From the NCBI RefSeq assembly GCF_056746865.1, contig NZ_CM163382.1: a stretch of DNA of 64,000 nucleotides, one strand, 5' to 3'. The notes below the pieces were generated by a model. It was not told the origin of the DNA, made no database searches, and worked only from the letters and a program-made list of their open reading frames with translations. Position 1 is the stretch's first letter, and every line of letters begins with the position of its first letter. Both the position numbers and the translations under genes were made by a program. This document shows, in pieces, positions 10,721 through 21,992 of this stretch.

Positions 10721-13393
10721 ATGCGTCAGAAAGAGACAACGGCCACGACCCGCTTTTCACTCCTACCGGGGAGCATTACCCGCTTCTTTTTACTGTTGAT
10801 CATTGTGTTACTGGTGACGATGGGGGTAATGGTACAAAGTGCCGTTAACGCCTGGCTGAAAGATAAAAGTTACCAGATTGTCGACATTACCCACGCAATC
10901 CAAAAGCGCGTCGATACCTGGCGTTACGTGACCTGGCAGATTTACGACAACATTGCCGCGACGACCTCCCCCTCCTCCGGCGAAGGTTTACAAGAGACGC
11001 GCCTGAAACAGGATGTCTACTATCTGGAAAAACCACGCCGCAAAACGGAAGCGTTAATCTTTGGCTCTCACGACAACTCAACGCTTGAGATGACTCAACG
11101 GATGTCCACCTATCTGGACACATTGTGGGGCGCAGAAAATGTACCGTGGTCGATGTATTACCTGAATGGTCAGGATAACAGTCTGGTGCTGATCTCAACC
11201 CTGCCCCTCAAAGATCTCACCTCCGGATTTAAAGAATCGACCGTCAGCGACATTGTTGATTCACGTCGTGCAGAGATGTTGCAACAGGCCAACGCCCTCG
11301 ATGAACGCGAAAGTTTTTCTAACATGCGCCGCCTGGCCTGGCAGAACGGTCATTACTTTACCTTGCGTACCACGTTCAACCAGCCAGGACATCTGGCAAC
11401 GGTCGTGGCTTTTGATCTGCCGATTAATGATTTGATCCCGCCGGGTATGCCGCTGGACAGTTTCCGCCTTGAGCCAGACGCGACGGCAACGGGAAACAAT
11501 GATAATGAGAAAGAAGGGACGGATAGCGTCAGTATCCACTTTAACAGTACGAAGATTGAAATCTCCTCGGCACTCAACTCTACCGATATGCGACTGGTCT
11601 GGCAGGTTCCTTATGGCACCTTATTGCTGGATACGTTGCAAAACATTCTGCTGCCACTGCTGCTGAACATCGGTTTGCTGGCGCTGGCGTTATTTGGCTA
11701 TACCACATTCCGCCATTTCTCCAGCCGCAGTACAGAAAGCGTCCCCAGCACGGCGGTCAATAACGAATTGCGCATTTTACGGGCAATTAATGAAGAGATA
11801 GTCTCACTGCTGCCGCTCGGCCTGCTGGTTCACGATCAGGAATCGAACCGCACTGTCATAAGTAACAAAATTGCCGATCATTTGCTGCCGCATTTGAATC
11901 TGCAAAACATCACCACCATGGCGGAACAACATCAGGGGATTATTCAGGCGACGATCAATAACGAGCTGTATGAGATCCGCATGTTCCGCAGCCAGGTCGC
12001 GCCGCGCACACAAATTTTCATTATTCGCGATCAGGATCGCGAAGTGCTGGTAAACAAGAAACTCAAGCAGGCGCAGCGTCTGTATGAGAAAAACCAGCAG
12101 GGGCGGATGACCTTTATGAAAAACATTGGCGATGCGCTGAAAGAACCTGCACAGTCCCTGGCGGAGAGCGCAGCTAAACTCAACGCCCCGGAAAGCAAAC
12201 AACTGGCGAATCAGGCAGATGTGCTGGTGCGGCTGGTCGATGAAATACAGTTAGCGAACATGCTTGCGGACGATAGCTGGAAAAGTGAGACGGTGCTGTT
12301 CTCTGTGCAGGATTTGATTGATGAAGTTGTGCCTTCAGTGTTGCCTGCCATCAAGCGTAAAGGTCTGCAACTGCTGATTAACAATCATCTGAAAGCACAC
12401 GATATGCGCCGCGGCGATCGCGATGCCTTACGACGCATTTTGCTGCTACTGATGCAATATGCCGTGACCTCAACACAATTGGGAAAAATCACCCTTGAGG
12501 TTGATCAGGATGAGTCCTCCGAAGACCGCCTGACGTTCCGCATTCTGGACACCGGAGAAGGCGTAAGTATTCATGAAATGGATAATTTGCACTTCCCGTT
12601 TATCAACCAGACCCAAAACGATCGCTATGGCAAGGCGGACCCGCTGGCATTCTGGCTGAGCGATCAACTGGCACGTAAACTGGGCGGCCATTTAAACATT
12701 AAAACGCGGGATGGGCTTGGTACACGCTACTCTGTGCATATCAAAATGCTCGCAGCTGACCCGGAAGTTGAAGAGGAAGAAGAGCGTTTACTGGATGATG
12801 TCTGCGTAATGGTGGATGTTACTTCGGCAGAAATTCGGAATATTGTCACTCGCCAGTTAGAAAATTGGGGTGCAACCTGTATCACACCCGATGAAAGATT
12901 AATTAGTCAAGATTATGATATCTTTTTAACGGATAATCCGTCTAATCTTACTGCCTCTGGCTTGCTTTTAAGCGATGATGAGTCTGGCGTACGGGAAATT
13001 GGGCCTGGTCAATTGTGCGTCAACTTCAATATGAGCAACGCTATGCAGGAAGCGGTCTTACAATTAATTGAAGTGCAACTGGCGCAGGAAGAGGTGACAG
13101 AATCGCCTCTGGGCGGAGATGAAAATGCGCAACTCCATGCCAGCGGCTATTATGCGCTCTTTGTAGACACAGTACCGGATGATGTTAAGAGGCTGTATAC
13201 TGAAGCAGCAACCAGTGACTTTGCTGCGTTAGCCCAAACGGCTCATCGTCTTAAAGGCGTATTTGCCATGCTAAATCTGGTACCCGGCAAGCAGTTATGT
13301 GAAACGCTGGAACATCTGATTCGTGAGAAGGATGTTCCAGGAATAGAAAAATACATCAGCGACATTGACAGTTATGTCAAGAGCTTGCTGTAG
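10721..13393 (+). CDS. rcsD: RcsD, phosphotransfer intermediate of the Rcs phosphorelay (890 aa)
   Basis: Translation MRQKETTATTRFSLLPGSITRFFLLLIIVLLVTMG...; C-terminal HPt-like region; directly precedes rcsB. Confidence 0.9.
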   Translation: MRQKETTATTRFSLLPGSITRFFLLLIIVLLVTMGVMVQSAVNAWLKDKSYQIVDITHAIQKRVDTWRYVTWQIYDNIAATTSPSSGEGLQETRLKQDVYYLEKPRRKTEALIFGSHDNSTLEMTQRMSTYLDTLWGAENVPWSMYYLNGQDNSLVLISTLPLKDLTSGFKESTVSDIVDSRRAEMLQQANALDERESFSNMRRLAWQNGHYFTLRTTFNQPGHLATVVAFDLPINDLIPPGMPLDSFRLEPDATATGNNDNEKEGTDSVSIHFNSTKIEISSALNSTDMRLVWQVPYGTLLLDTLQNILLPLLLNIGLLALALFGYTTFRHFSSRSTESVPSTAVNNELRILRAINEEIVSLLPLGLLVHDQESNRTVISNKIADHLLPHLNLQNITTMAEQHQGIIQATINNELYEIRMFRSQVAPRTQIFIIRDQDREVLVNKKLKQAQRLYEKNQQGRMTFMKNIGDALKEPAQSLAESAAKLNAPESKQLANQADVLVRLVDEIQLANMLADDSWKSETVLFSVQDLIDEVVPSVLPAIKRKGLQLLINNHLKAHDMRRGDRDALRRILLLLMQYAVTSTQLGKITLEVDQDESSEDRLTFRILDTGEGVSIHEMDNLHFPFINQTQNDRYGKADPLAFWLSDQLARKLGGHLNIKTRDGLGTRYSVHIKMLAADPEVEEEEERLLDDVCVMVDVTSAEIRNIVTRQLENWGATCITPDERLISQDYDIFLTDNPSNLTASGLLLSDDESGVREIGPGQLCVNFNMSNAMQEAVLQLIEVQLAQEEVTESPLGGDENAQLHASGYYALFVDTVPDDVKRLYTEAATSDFAALAQTAHRLKGVFAMLNLVPGKQLCETLEHLIREKDVPGIEKYISDIDSYVKSLL

Positions 13394-13409
13394 CAAGGTA
13401 GCCTATTAC

Positions 13410-14060
13410 ATGAACAATATGAACGTAATTATTGCCGATGACCATCCGATAGTCTTGTTCGGTATTCGCAAATCACTTGAGCAAATTGAGTGGGTGAATG
13501 TTGTCGGCGAATTTGAAGACTCTACAGCACTGATCAACAACCTGCCGAAACTGGATGCGCATGTGTTGATTACCGATCTCTCCATGCCTGGCGATAAGTA
13601 CGGCGATGGCATTACCTTAATCAAGTACATCAAGCGCCATTTCCCAAGCCTGTCGATCATTGTTCTGACTATGAACAACAACCCGGCGATTCTTAGTGCG
13701 GTATTGGATCTGGATATCGAAGGGATCGTGCTGAAACAAGGTGCACCGACCGATCTGCCGAAAGCTCTCGCCGCGCTGCAGAAAGGGAAGAAATTTACCC
13801 CGGAAAGCGTTTCTCGCCTGTTGGAAAAAATCAGTGCTGGTGGTTACGGTGACAAGCGTCTCTCGCCAAAAGAGAGTGAAGTTCTGCGCCTGTTTGCGGA
13901 AGGTTTCCTGGTGACTGAGATCGCTAAAAAGCTGAACCGCAGTATCAAAACCATCAGTAGCCAGAAGAAATCTGCGATGATGAAGCTGGGTGTCGAGAAC
14001 GATATTGCTCTGCTGAATTATCTCTCTTCTGTGACCTTAAGTCCGGCAGATAAAGACTAA
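13410..14060 (+). CDS. rcsB: RcsB, LuxR/FixJ-family response regulator (216 aa)
   Basis: Translation from ATG at 13410 MNNMNVIIADDHPIVLFGIRKSL...; AAGG Shine-Dalgarno upstream; receiver plus LuxR HTH. Confidence 0.93.
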   Translation: MNNMNVIIADDHPIVLFGIRKSLEQIEWVNVVGEFEDSTALINNLPKLDAHVLITDLSMPGDKYGDGITLIKYIKRHFPSLSIIVLTMNNNPAILSAVLDLDIEGIVLKQGAPTDLPKALAALQKGKKFTPESVSRLLEKISAGGYGDKRLSPKESEVLRLFAEGFLVTEIAKKLNRSIKTISSQKKSAMMKLGVENDIALLNYLSSVTLSPADKD

Positions 14061-14065
14061 TCACC

Positions 14066-14259
<194 letters not shown>

Positions 14260-14265
<6 letters not shown>

Positions 14266-17109
14266 TTCCCGCGATTTCCTGACCCTCTCGGCATATACCG
14301 TCAGCGTCTGTTTTATCACATCCAGCGTTACCGGCTTCGACAGGCAGCTGTCCATACCGGACTCCAGACACCGCTGCTTCTCTTCAGCCAACGCATTAGC
14401 AGTTACTCCGATTACCGGCAACGTCAGTCCCAACTGACGAATGCGTTGCGTCAAGCGGTAACCATCCATATTTGGCATGTTGACGTCGCTAAGCACGATA
14501 TCAATATGATTCTTGCTAAGTACATTAAGCGCATCGACGCCATCATTCGCGGTTTTACATTGATAGCCCAACGATCCCAACTGATCTGCCAGCAGACGTC
14601 GGTTAATCGGATGATCATCCACGACCAGAATCATCATATCGTCATTATCGCTGACCGCTTTGTCCGTCGACGGCAGAGCGTTAGCAGGATCGTCGCTCTC
14701 CATCTCGATCAAATAAATACGCGCCAACAATGCCGGTAGCTCATGCGGAGCAGCCACACTGTGTACCCACTCTCCTGGCGCTTTCTCCAGCGGAATACCA
14801 ATATGTCGACGACAGAAGGTCACTACCGCTCTGCCCTGCCATTTTTTACTCACTACCTCGTCAGTGATTAACACATCTTCGGGAGTCGGTTCCTGCCCTT
14901 CGTATGTTGTTACGACGATGCCGCTGCGCTGCAAACTGTTTTCCAGGAACTGACAGAGCGACGCATTGCGGACCGCCAGCCAGCAGCGTTTACCACTCAA
15001 CCCTTCCACGCCTTTTTTCTGCGGGTACTGAGCGCCGTACAACGGAATACGCACGGTAAACTGGCTGCCCATTCCCGGTTCTGAATCTACCGAGATATCG
15101 CCGTCCATCATGCTGATCAGTTTTTCACAAATCGCCAGACCCAGACCGGTCCCCTGGAAGTTTCGCTGTACGCCCGTTCCGACCTGGAAGAAGGGATCAA
15201 ACAAGCGCACCACTTCTTTCGCCGGAATCCCCACGCCGGTATCGCGAACACGGATAGAGAGATAATCGCCATCAGCGCGAACATGTAGAACTATACAGCC
15301 GGTATCGGTGAATTTTATGGCGTTACTCAACAGATTGGAGATGACCTGCTGTAAACGCATCGGGTCGCCATTTAAGGCCACTGGCACATCCGGTTCAATA
15401 AAGCAGTACAAGCCTAGCTGCTTGCGTACCACCAGCGGTAAATAGTTGGCGGTGATGTGGTTCATCACTTCACGCGGTGAAAACTCACGCGGTTCGATCT
15501 TCAACTGTTCCGATTCAATCTTCGAGAAATCGAGAATATCGCTGATAATTTTCAACAACAGGCTGGAAGAGTTGTTCATTGCCGTCACCAGACGATCGAC
15601 GCCTTTCGGTAACTCTTTGGTTTGCAAAAGATCCAGGTTACCGATAATGCCATACAGCGGCGTTCGCAGCTCATGACTGACGGTGGCAAGGAACATCGAT
15701 TTTGACTGGCTCGCCTGTTCCGCTGCTTGTGCCATCTCCTGCAACGACTCTTCCATCTTCACGCGCGAAGAAACATCCACCAGCACACAAATGGCCACGT
15801 TTTCATTACGATAGCGCGAATGGACGAAGCTGATTTGCAGATTGGTATTGTTGCTGGTCAGGACATCAACAAAATTGACCTGCTGCCCACAGATAATTTG
15901 TGTCAGCCGTTGGCGATCCTCATGCGTAAGCATATTGAGATAGGTATGCGCCAGTTCGTTACTTAAAATATTGACGCCATCAGCGGTACGCAAAATGCAG
16001 ATACCCACGGGCGCGGAGGCGACAATCTTGCGATTAAACTGCTCATGTTCTTCCAGTCGCAGGGCGTCGCTTTCCGCCGGAATGAAAATACGTCGCTCGT
16101 ACATCCGCGCGAGAGTAAACAATGCAGCTCCGGCAAGCACATTCAGCAAAATTGCGTTAAGGATCAACATGCGAATGCGTTCCAGCACCTTATCAACTGG
16201 CACCGAATAAACGATGCTTAGCGATGAGGGTGGCAGATTTTTCTTCAGCACCAGCTCCCGGAACCCTTCCGTATAGCCAAACCAGGAGCGTTCCTGCATC
16301 CAGCGAGGATCGCCCTTAATTTTGCTTTCTGGTCCGGTAAGCGAAATCAGGGTATGACCATTTTCATCAAGAATGGTAACCCCCATCGGCAACGTACCAG
16401 GTAAGAAAAAGTTCTCCATCCGGATGGTCTGCTCGACACCCAAAAGCGCCTGCAACCGGTTCGCCAGATAAACTGGCGTCAACGCGTAAAAATACCCGAC
16501 GCCAGGGCGCGGACCTTCGCTGATCCAGTAGAGGTTACTGCCGCTATCGTCTTGTGGTGCATTTCGATATTTATTGATGCGTTCATGCAAAGCTTTCAAC
16601 GCGGTATCGCGTTCCACTGGCATATCACGCAGACCGAAATTGGCCATGCAAAGGTTATCGCTGCCGATTAAAAATACCCGGTTGAGATCGTAAGCCGCAG
16701 AAAAATTATCGCGCCAGTAGCGCATAAACCACGCCAATGACTCCAGAGAGCCTCGCCAGGTGTTACTCATTGCGGAACAATCAGAGTCAGCAAACAGCGG
16801 TTCAAACGCAGGCACATCCGTCTGCGTTTCTCGTCCACGCGGGGAAAGCACACCGTTTTCTGCCGATAAGCGATTTTCAGCTATGTACTTCAGCTCTTTC
16901 ATCACATCAGAGGTGCGTTGAATAAAGCGCTGAGCCTGATCGGAACTCAGATTAAATTCCTGACGAATTTCCGATTCTCGCTGATGTAACGCATTAACGA
17001 TGTAAAAAACGGATGAAAAAGCAATCAACAGCCAGAGCACTAACGCCAATGCTCTGAACATGTAGCGCGAGGCTTTCAGGGTTGTACGAAAAGAAGCAAG
17101 GTATTTCAA
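14260..17109 (-). CDS. rcsC: RcsC, hybrid sensor histidine kinase (949 aa)
   Basis: Translation MKYLASFRTTLKASRYMFRALALVLWLL...; H-box SHELRTPL, ATPase G-boxes, C-terminal receiver. Confidence 0.92.
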
Positions 17110-17275
17110 AGGGGCGAAGCTCCGCCTCAGGTGACCGATGGAGTGTGGTTAAGGTAGCGGTAAAAGCGTGTTACCGCAATGTTCTCTCTTCTCTGGAATA
17201 TGATACACCGCCGAGAAATCATCACCTTAACCTCTGATAATCGTCATATACCGGACAAGACTAGTGGATTTCAGC

Positions 17276-19102
17276 ATGCATTATATGAAGTGGATTTATC
17301 CACGCCGCTTACGCAATCAAATGATCCTGATGGCAATCCTGATGGTCATTGTCCCAACGCTTACTATTGGTTATATCGTTGAAACGGAAGGACGTTCAGC
17401 AGTCTTATCTGAAAAAGAGAAAAAACTTTCTGCCGTGGTCAACCTGCTTAATCAGGCACTAGGCAATCGCTACGATCTCTACATCGACTTACCGCGTGAG
17501 GAGCGTATCCGCGCATTAAATGCAGAACTTGCCCCCATTACCGAAAATATCACTCACGCCTTCCCTGGCATCGGCGCTGGTTATTACAACAAAACGCTGG
17601 ATGCGATAATCACCTACGCACCTTCAGCGCTATATCAGAATAATGTGGGCGTTACCATTGCCGCAGATCACCCTGGTCGCGAAGTCATGCGTACAAATAC
17701 CCCTTTGGTTTATTCAGGCAGGCAGGTGCGCGGCGATATTTTGAATTCAATGATCCCCATTGAGCGTAATGGTGAAATCCTCGGCTATATCTGGGCCAAT
17801 GAATTAACCGAAGATATTCGCCGCCAGGCCTGGAAAATGGATGTGAGGATTATCATTGTGCTCACCGCCGGTTTGCTGATAAGCCTGCTGTTGATTGTCC
17901 TTTTCTCCCGTCGCCTGAGCGCCAATATTGATATCATCACCGATGGCCTCTCGACTCTGGCGCAAAATATTCCCACTCGATTACCACAATTGCCCGGTGA
18001 AATGGGGCAAATCAGTCAGAGTGTTAACAACCTCGCCCAGGCACTGCGTGAAACGCGGACACTTAACGATCTGATTATTGAAAACGCTGCCGATGGCGTC
18101 ATTGCCATTGACCGCCAGGGTGATGTAACCACCATGAACCCGGCAGCAGAAGTCATCACTGGCTATCAACGTCATGAACTGGTAGGGCAGCCTTACTCCA
18201 TGTTGTTCGACAATACTCAGTTCTACAGTCCAGTACTGGATACGCTGGAACATGGCACCGAACATGTAGCGCTGGAGATCAGTTTTCCAGGCCGTGACCG
18301 CACCATTGAACTCAGTGTCACTACCAGTCGTATTCATAACACGCATGGTGAAATGATAGGTGCTTTGGTGATTTTCTCTGATTTAACTGCCCGCAAAGAA
18401 ACCCAGCGCCGCATGGCGCAAGCAGAACGCCTCGCCACACTGGGTGAGCTGATGGCTGGCGTCGCGCATGAAGTACGTAATCCGCTAACGGCTATTCGTG
18501 GTTATGTACAGATCTTGCGCCAACAAACCAGCGACCTAATACATCAGGAATATCTGTCCGTAGTACTCAAAGAAATCGATTCAATTAACAAAGTTATTCA
18601 GCAATTGCTCGAATTTTCACGTCCACGCCACAGTCAATGGCAACAAGTCAGTCTCAATGCATTGGTTGAAGAAACTCTGGTACTGGTACAAACCGCCGGC
18701 GTACAAGCTCGGGTCGACTTCATAAGCGAACTGGATAATGAATTAAACCCGATTAACGCCGATCGTGAACTGCTCAAACAGGTACTACTGAATATCCTGA
18801 TCAATGCCGTCCAGGCTATCAGCGCACGAGGGAAAATTCGCATTCAAACCTGGCAATACAGCGACTCACAACAGGCCATTTCGATAGAGGACAACGGCTG
18901 TGGCATTGATCTCTCGCTGCAAAAAAAGATCTTCGATCCCTTTTTCACCACCAAAGCCTCAGGAACCGGGCTTGGTCTGGCGTTAAGTCAACGCATCATT
19001 AATGCCCATCAGGGTGATATTCGCGTCGCCAGTTTGCCGGGCTACGGCGCAACCTTCACGCTTATTTTACCGATCAATCCGCAGGGAAATCAGACTGTAT
19101 GA
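17276..19102 (+). CDS. atoS: AtoS, sensor histidine kinase (608 aa)
   Basis: Translation MHYMKWIYPRRLRNQMILMAILMVIV...; HAMP/PAS, H-box AHEVRNPL; ATG at 17276 preferred over upstream GTG. Confidence 0.9.
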   Translation: MHYMKWIYPRRLRNQMILMAILMVIVPTLTIGYIVETEGRSAVLSEKEKKLSAVVNLLNQALGNRYDLYIDLPREERIRALNAELAPITENITHAFPGIGAGYYNKTLDAIITYAPSALYQNNVGVTIAADHPGREVMRTNTPLVYSGRQVRGDILNSMIPIERNGEILGYIWANELTEDIRRQAWKMDVRIIIVLTAGLLISLLLIVLFSRRLSANIDIITDGLSTLAQNIPTRLPQLPGEMGQISQSVNNLAQALRETRTLNDLIIENAADGVIAIDRQGDVTTMNPAAEVITGYQRHELVGQPYSMLFDNTQFYSPVLDTLEHGTEHVALEISFPGRDRTIELSVTTSRIHNTHGEMIGALVIFSDLTARKETQRRMAQAERLATLGELMAGVAHEVRNPLTAIRGYVQILRQQTSDLIHQEYLSVVLKEIDSINKVIQQLLEFSRPRHSQWQQVSLNALVEETLVLVQTAGVQARVDFISELDNELNPINADRELLKQVLLNILINAVQAISARGKIRIQTWQYSDSQQAISIEDNGCGIDLSLQKKIFDPFFTTKASGTGLGLALSQRIINAHQGDIRVASLPGYGATFTLILPINPQGNQTV

Positions 19103-20484
19103 CTGCTATTAATCGCATCCTTATTGTGGATGATGAAGATAATGTTCGCCGTATGCTGAGCACCGCTTTTGCACTACAAGGATTCGAAACACATTGTGCG
19201 AACAACGGACGCACAGCATTACACCTGTTTGCCGATATTCACCCTGACGTGGTGTTGATGGATATCCGCATGCCAGAGATGGACGGCATCAAGGCACTCA
19301 AGGAGATGCGCAGCCATGAGACACGGACCCCCGTTATTCTGATGACGGCCTATGCTGAAGTGGAAACCGCCGTCGAAGCGCTACGCTGCGGGGCCTTCGA
19401 CTATGTTATCAAACCGTTTGATCTCGATGAGTTGAATTTAATCGTTCAGCGCGCTTTACAACTCCAGTCAATGAAAAAAGAGATCCGCCATCTGCACCAG
19501 GCACTGAGCACTAGCTGGCAATGGGGGCACATTCTCACCAACAGCCCGGCGATGATGGACATCTGCAAAGACACCGCCAAAATTGCCCTTTCTCAGGCCA
19601 GCGTCTTGATTAGCGGTGAAAGCGGCACCGGGAAAGAGCTGATTGCCAGAGCGATTCACTACAATTCGCGGCGGGCAAAGGGGCCGTTCATTAAAGTCAA
19701 CTGCGCGGCGCTGCCGGAATCGTTGCTCGAAAGTGAACTGTTTGGTCATGAAAAAGGTGCATTTACTGGTGCACAAACCTTGCGTCAGGGATTATTTGAA
19801 CGTGCCAACGAAGGTACTCTGCTCCTCGACGAAATTGGCGAAATGCCGCTCGTACTGCAAGCCAAATTACTACGCATTCTGCAGGAACGGGAATTTGAAC
19901 GGATTGGCGGCCATCAGACCATAAAAGTTGATATCCGCATCATTGCTGCCACCAACCGTGACTTGCAGGCAATGGTAAAAGAAGGCACCTTCCGTGAAGA
20001 TCTCTTTTATCGCCTTAACGTTATTCATTTAATACTGCCGCCTCTGCGCGATCGCCGGGAAGATATTTCCCTGTTAGCTAATCACTTTTTGCAAAAATTC
20101 AGTAGTGAGAATCAGCGCGATATTATCGACATCGATCCGATGGCAATGTCACTGCTTACCGCCTGGTCATGGCCGGGAAATATTCGAGAGCTTTCCAACG
20201 TTATTGAACGCGCCGTCGTGATGAACTCAGGCCCGATCATTTTTTCTGAGGATCTTCCGCCGCAGATTCGTCAGCCAGTCTGTAATGCTGGCGAGGTAAA
20301 AACATCCCCTGTCGGAGAGCGTAATTTAAAAGAGGAAATTAAACGCGTCGAAAAATGCATCATTATGGAAGTGCTGGAACAACAAGAAGGAAACCGAACC
20401 CGCACTGCTTTAATGCTGGGCATCAGTCGCCGTGCATTGATGTATAAACTCCAGGAATACGGTATCGATCCGGCGGATGTATAA
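19099..20484 (+). CDS. atoC: AtoC, sigma-54-dependent NtrC-family response regulator (461 aa)
   Basis: Receiver domain, AAA+ sigma-54 interaction domain (GESGTGKE, GAFTGA), C-terminal HTH; overlaps atoS stop. Confidence 0.92.
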   Translation: MTAINRILIVDDEDNVRRMLSTAFALQGFETHCANNGRTALHLFADIHPDVVLMDIRMPEMDGIKALKEMRSHETRTPVILMTAYAEVETAVEALRCGAFDYVIKPFDLDELNLIVQRALQLQSMKKEIRHLHQALSTSWQWGHILTNSPAMMDICKDTAKIALSQASVLISGESGTGKELIARAIHYNSRRAKGPFIKVNCAALPESLLESELFGHEKGAFTGAQTLRQGLFERANEGTLLLDEIGEMPLVLQAKLLRILQEREFERIGGHQTIKVDIRIIAATNRDLQAMVKEGTFREDLFYRLNVIHLILPPLRDRREDISLLANHFLQKFSSENQRDIIDIDPMAMSLLTAWSWPGNIRELSNVIERAVVMNSGPIIFSEDLPPQIRQPVCNAGEVKTSPVGERNLKEEIKRVEKCIIMEVLEQQEGNRTRTALMLGISRRALMYKLQEYGIDPADV

Positions 20485-20495
20485 CGCCAAAACTT

Positions 20496-20536
20496 GCTAT
20501 GCAGAAATTTGCACAGTGCGCAATTTTCTGCATAGC
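20496..20536 (+). promoter_or_regulatory. AtoC-binding inverted repeat (GCTATGCAGAAATTTGCACAGTGCGCAATTTTCTGCATAGC)
   Basis: 41-bp near-perfect palindrome about 85 bp upstream of the sigma-54 promoter; typical enhancer position. Confidence 0.7.
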
Positions 20537-20618
20537 CGCTCATTCTTCTTATAAATCCCCATCCAATTTATCCCTTCATATTCAATTAGTTAAATAACAA
20601 AATCCAATAATCTCATTC

Positions 20619-20634
20619 TGGCACTCCCCTTGCT
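20619..20634 (+). promoter_or_regulatory. Sigma-54 (-24/-12) promoter of atoDAEB: TGGCAC-N5-TTGCT
   Basis: TGGCACTCCCCTTGCT matches the GG-N10-GC consensus; about 45 bp upstream of atoD ATG. Confidence 0.8.
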
Positions 20635-20679
20635 ATTCCCTGACTGTACCCACAACGGTGTATGCAAGAGGGATAAAAA

Positions 20680-21342
20680 ATGAAAACAAAATTGATGACA
20701 TTACAAGATGCCACCGGCTTCTTTCGTGACGGCATGACCATCATGGTGGGCGGATTTATGGGGATTGGCACTCCATCCCGCCTGGTTGAAGCATTACTGG
20801 AATCTGGTGTTCGCGACCTGACATTGATAGCCAATGATACCGCGTTTGTTGATACTGGCATCGGTCCGCTCATCGTCAATGGTCGAGTCCGCAAAGTGAT
20901 TGCTTCACATATCGGCACCAACCCGGAAACAGGTCGGCGCATGATATCTGGTGAGATGGACGTCGTTCTGGTGCCGCAAGGTACGCTAATCGAGCAAATT
21001 CGCTGTGGCGGAGCTGGACTTGGTGGTTTTCTCACCCCAACGGGTGTCGGCACCGTCGTAGAGGAAGGCAAACAGACACTGACACTCGACGGTAAAATCT
21101 GGCTGCTCGAACGCCCACTGCGCGCCGACCTGGCGCTAATTCGCGCTCATCGTTGCGACACACTTGGCAACCTGACCTATCAACTTAGCGCCCGCAACTT
21201 TAACCCCCTGATAGCCCTTGCGGCTGATATCACGCTGGTAGAGCCAGATGAACTGGTCGAAACCGGCGAGCTGCAACCTGACCATATTGTCACCCCTGGT
21301 GCCGTTATCGACCACATCATCGTTTCACAGGAGAGCAAATAA
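20680..21342 (+). CDS. atoD: Acetate/acetoacetate CoA-transferase alpha subunit (220 aa)
   Basis: Translation [30 protein letters not shown]...; operon position. Confidence 0.92.
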   Translation: MKTKLMTLQDATGFFRDGMTIMVGGFMGIGTPSRLVEALLESGVRDLTLIANDTAFVDTGIGPLIVNGRVRKVIASHIGTNPETGRRMISGEMDVVLVPQGTLIEQIRCGGAGLGGFLTPTGVGTVVEEGKQTLTLDGKIWLLERPLRADLALIRAHRCDTLGNLTYQLSARNFNPLIALAADITLVEPDELVETGELQPDHIVTPGAVIDHIIVSQESK

Positions 21343-21992
21343 TGGATGCGAAACAACGTATTGCGCGCCGTGTGGCGCAAGAGCTTCGTGATGGTGACAT
21401 CGTTAACTTAGGGATCGGTTTACCCACAATGGTCGCCAATTATTTACCGGAGGGTATTCATATCACTCTGCAATCGGAAAACGGCTTCCTCGGTTTAGGC
21501 CCGGTCACGACAGCGCATCCAGATCTGGTGAACGCTGGCGGACAACCGTGCGGTGTTTTACCCGGTGCAGCCATGTTTGATAGCGCCATGTCATTTGCGC
21601 TAATCCGCGGCGGTCATATTGATGCCTGCGTGCTCGGCGGTTTGCAAGTAGACGAAGAAGCAAACCTCGCGAACTGGGTAGTGCCTGGGAAAATGGTGCC
21701 CGGTATGGGTGGCGCGATGGATCTGGTGACCGGGTCGCGCAAAGTGATCATCGCCATGGAACATTGTGCCAAAGATGGTTCAGCAAAAATTTTGCGCCGC
21801 TGCACCATGCCACTCACTGCGCAACATGCGGTGCATATGCTGGTTACTGAACTGGCTGTCTTTCGTTTTATTGACGGCAAAATGTGGCTCACCGAAATTG
21901 CCGACGGGTGTGATTTAGCCACCGTGTGTGCCAAAACAGAAGCTCGGTTTGAAGTTGCCGCCGATCTGAATACGCAACGGGGTGATTTATGA
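21342..21992 (+). CDS. atoA: Acetate/acetoacetate CoA-transferase beta subunit (216 aa)
   Basis: Translation [29 protein letters not shown]...; overlaps atoD stop. Confidence 0.92.
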   Translation: MDAKQRIARRVAQELRDGDIVNLGIGLPTMVANYLPEGIHITLQSENGFLGLGPVTTAHPDLVNAGGQPCGVLPGAAMFDSAMSFALIRGGHIDACVLGGLQVDEEANLANWVVPGKMVPGMGGAMDLVTGSRKVIIAMEHCAKDGSAKILRRCTMPLTAQHAVHMLVTELAVFRFIDGKMWLTEIADGCDLATVCAKTEARFEVAADLNTQRGDL

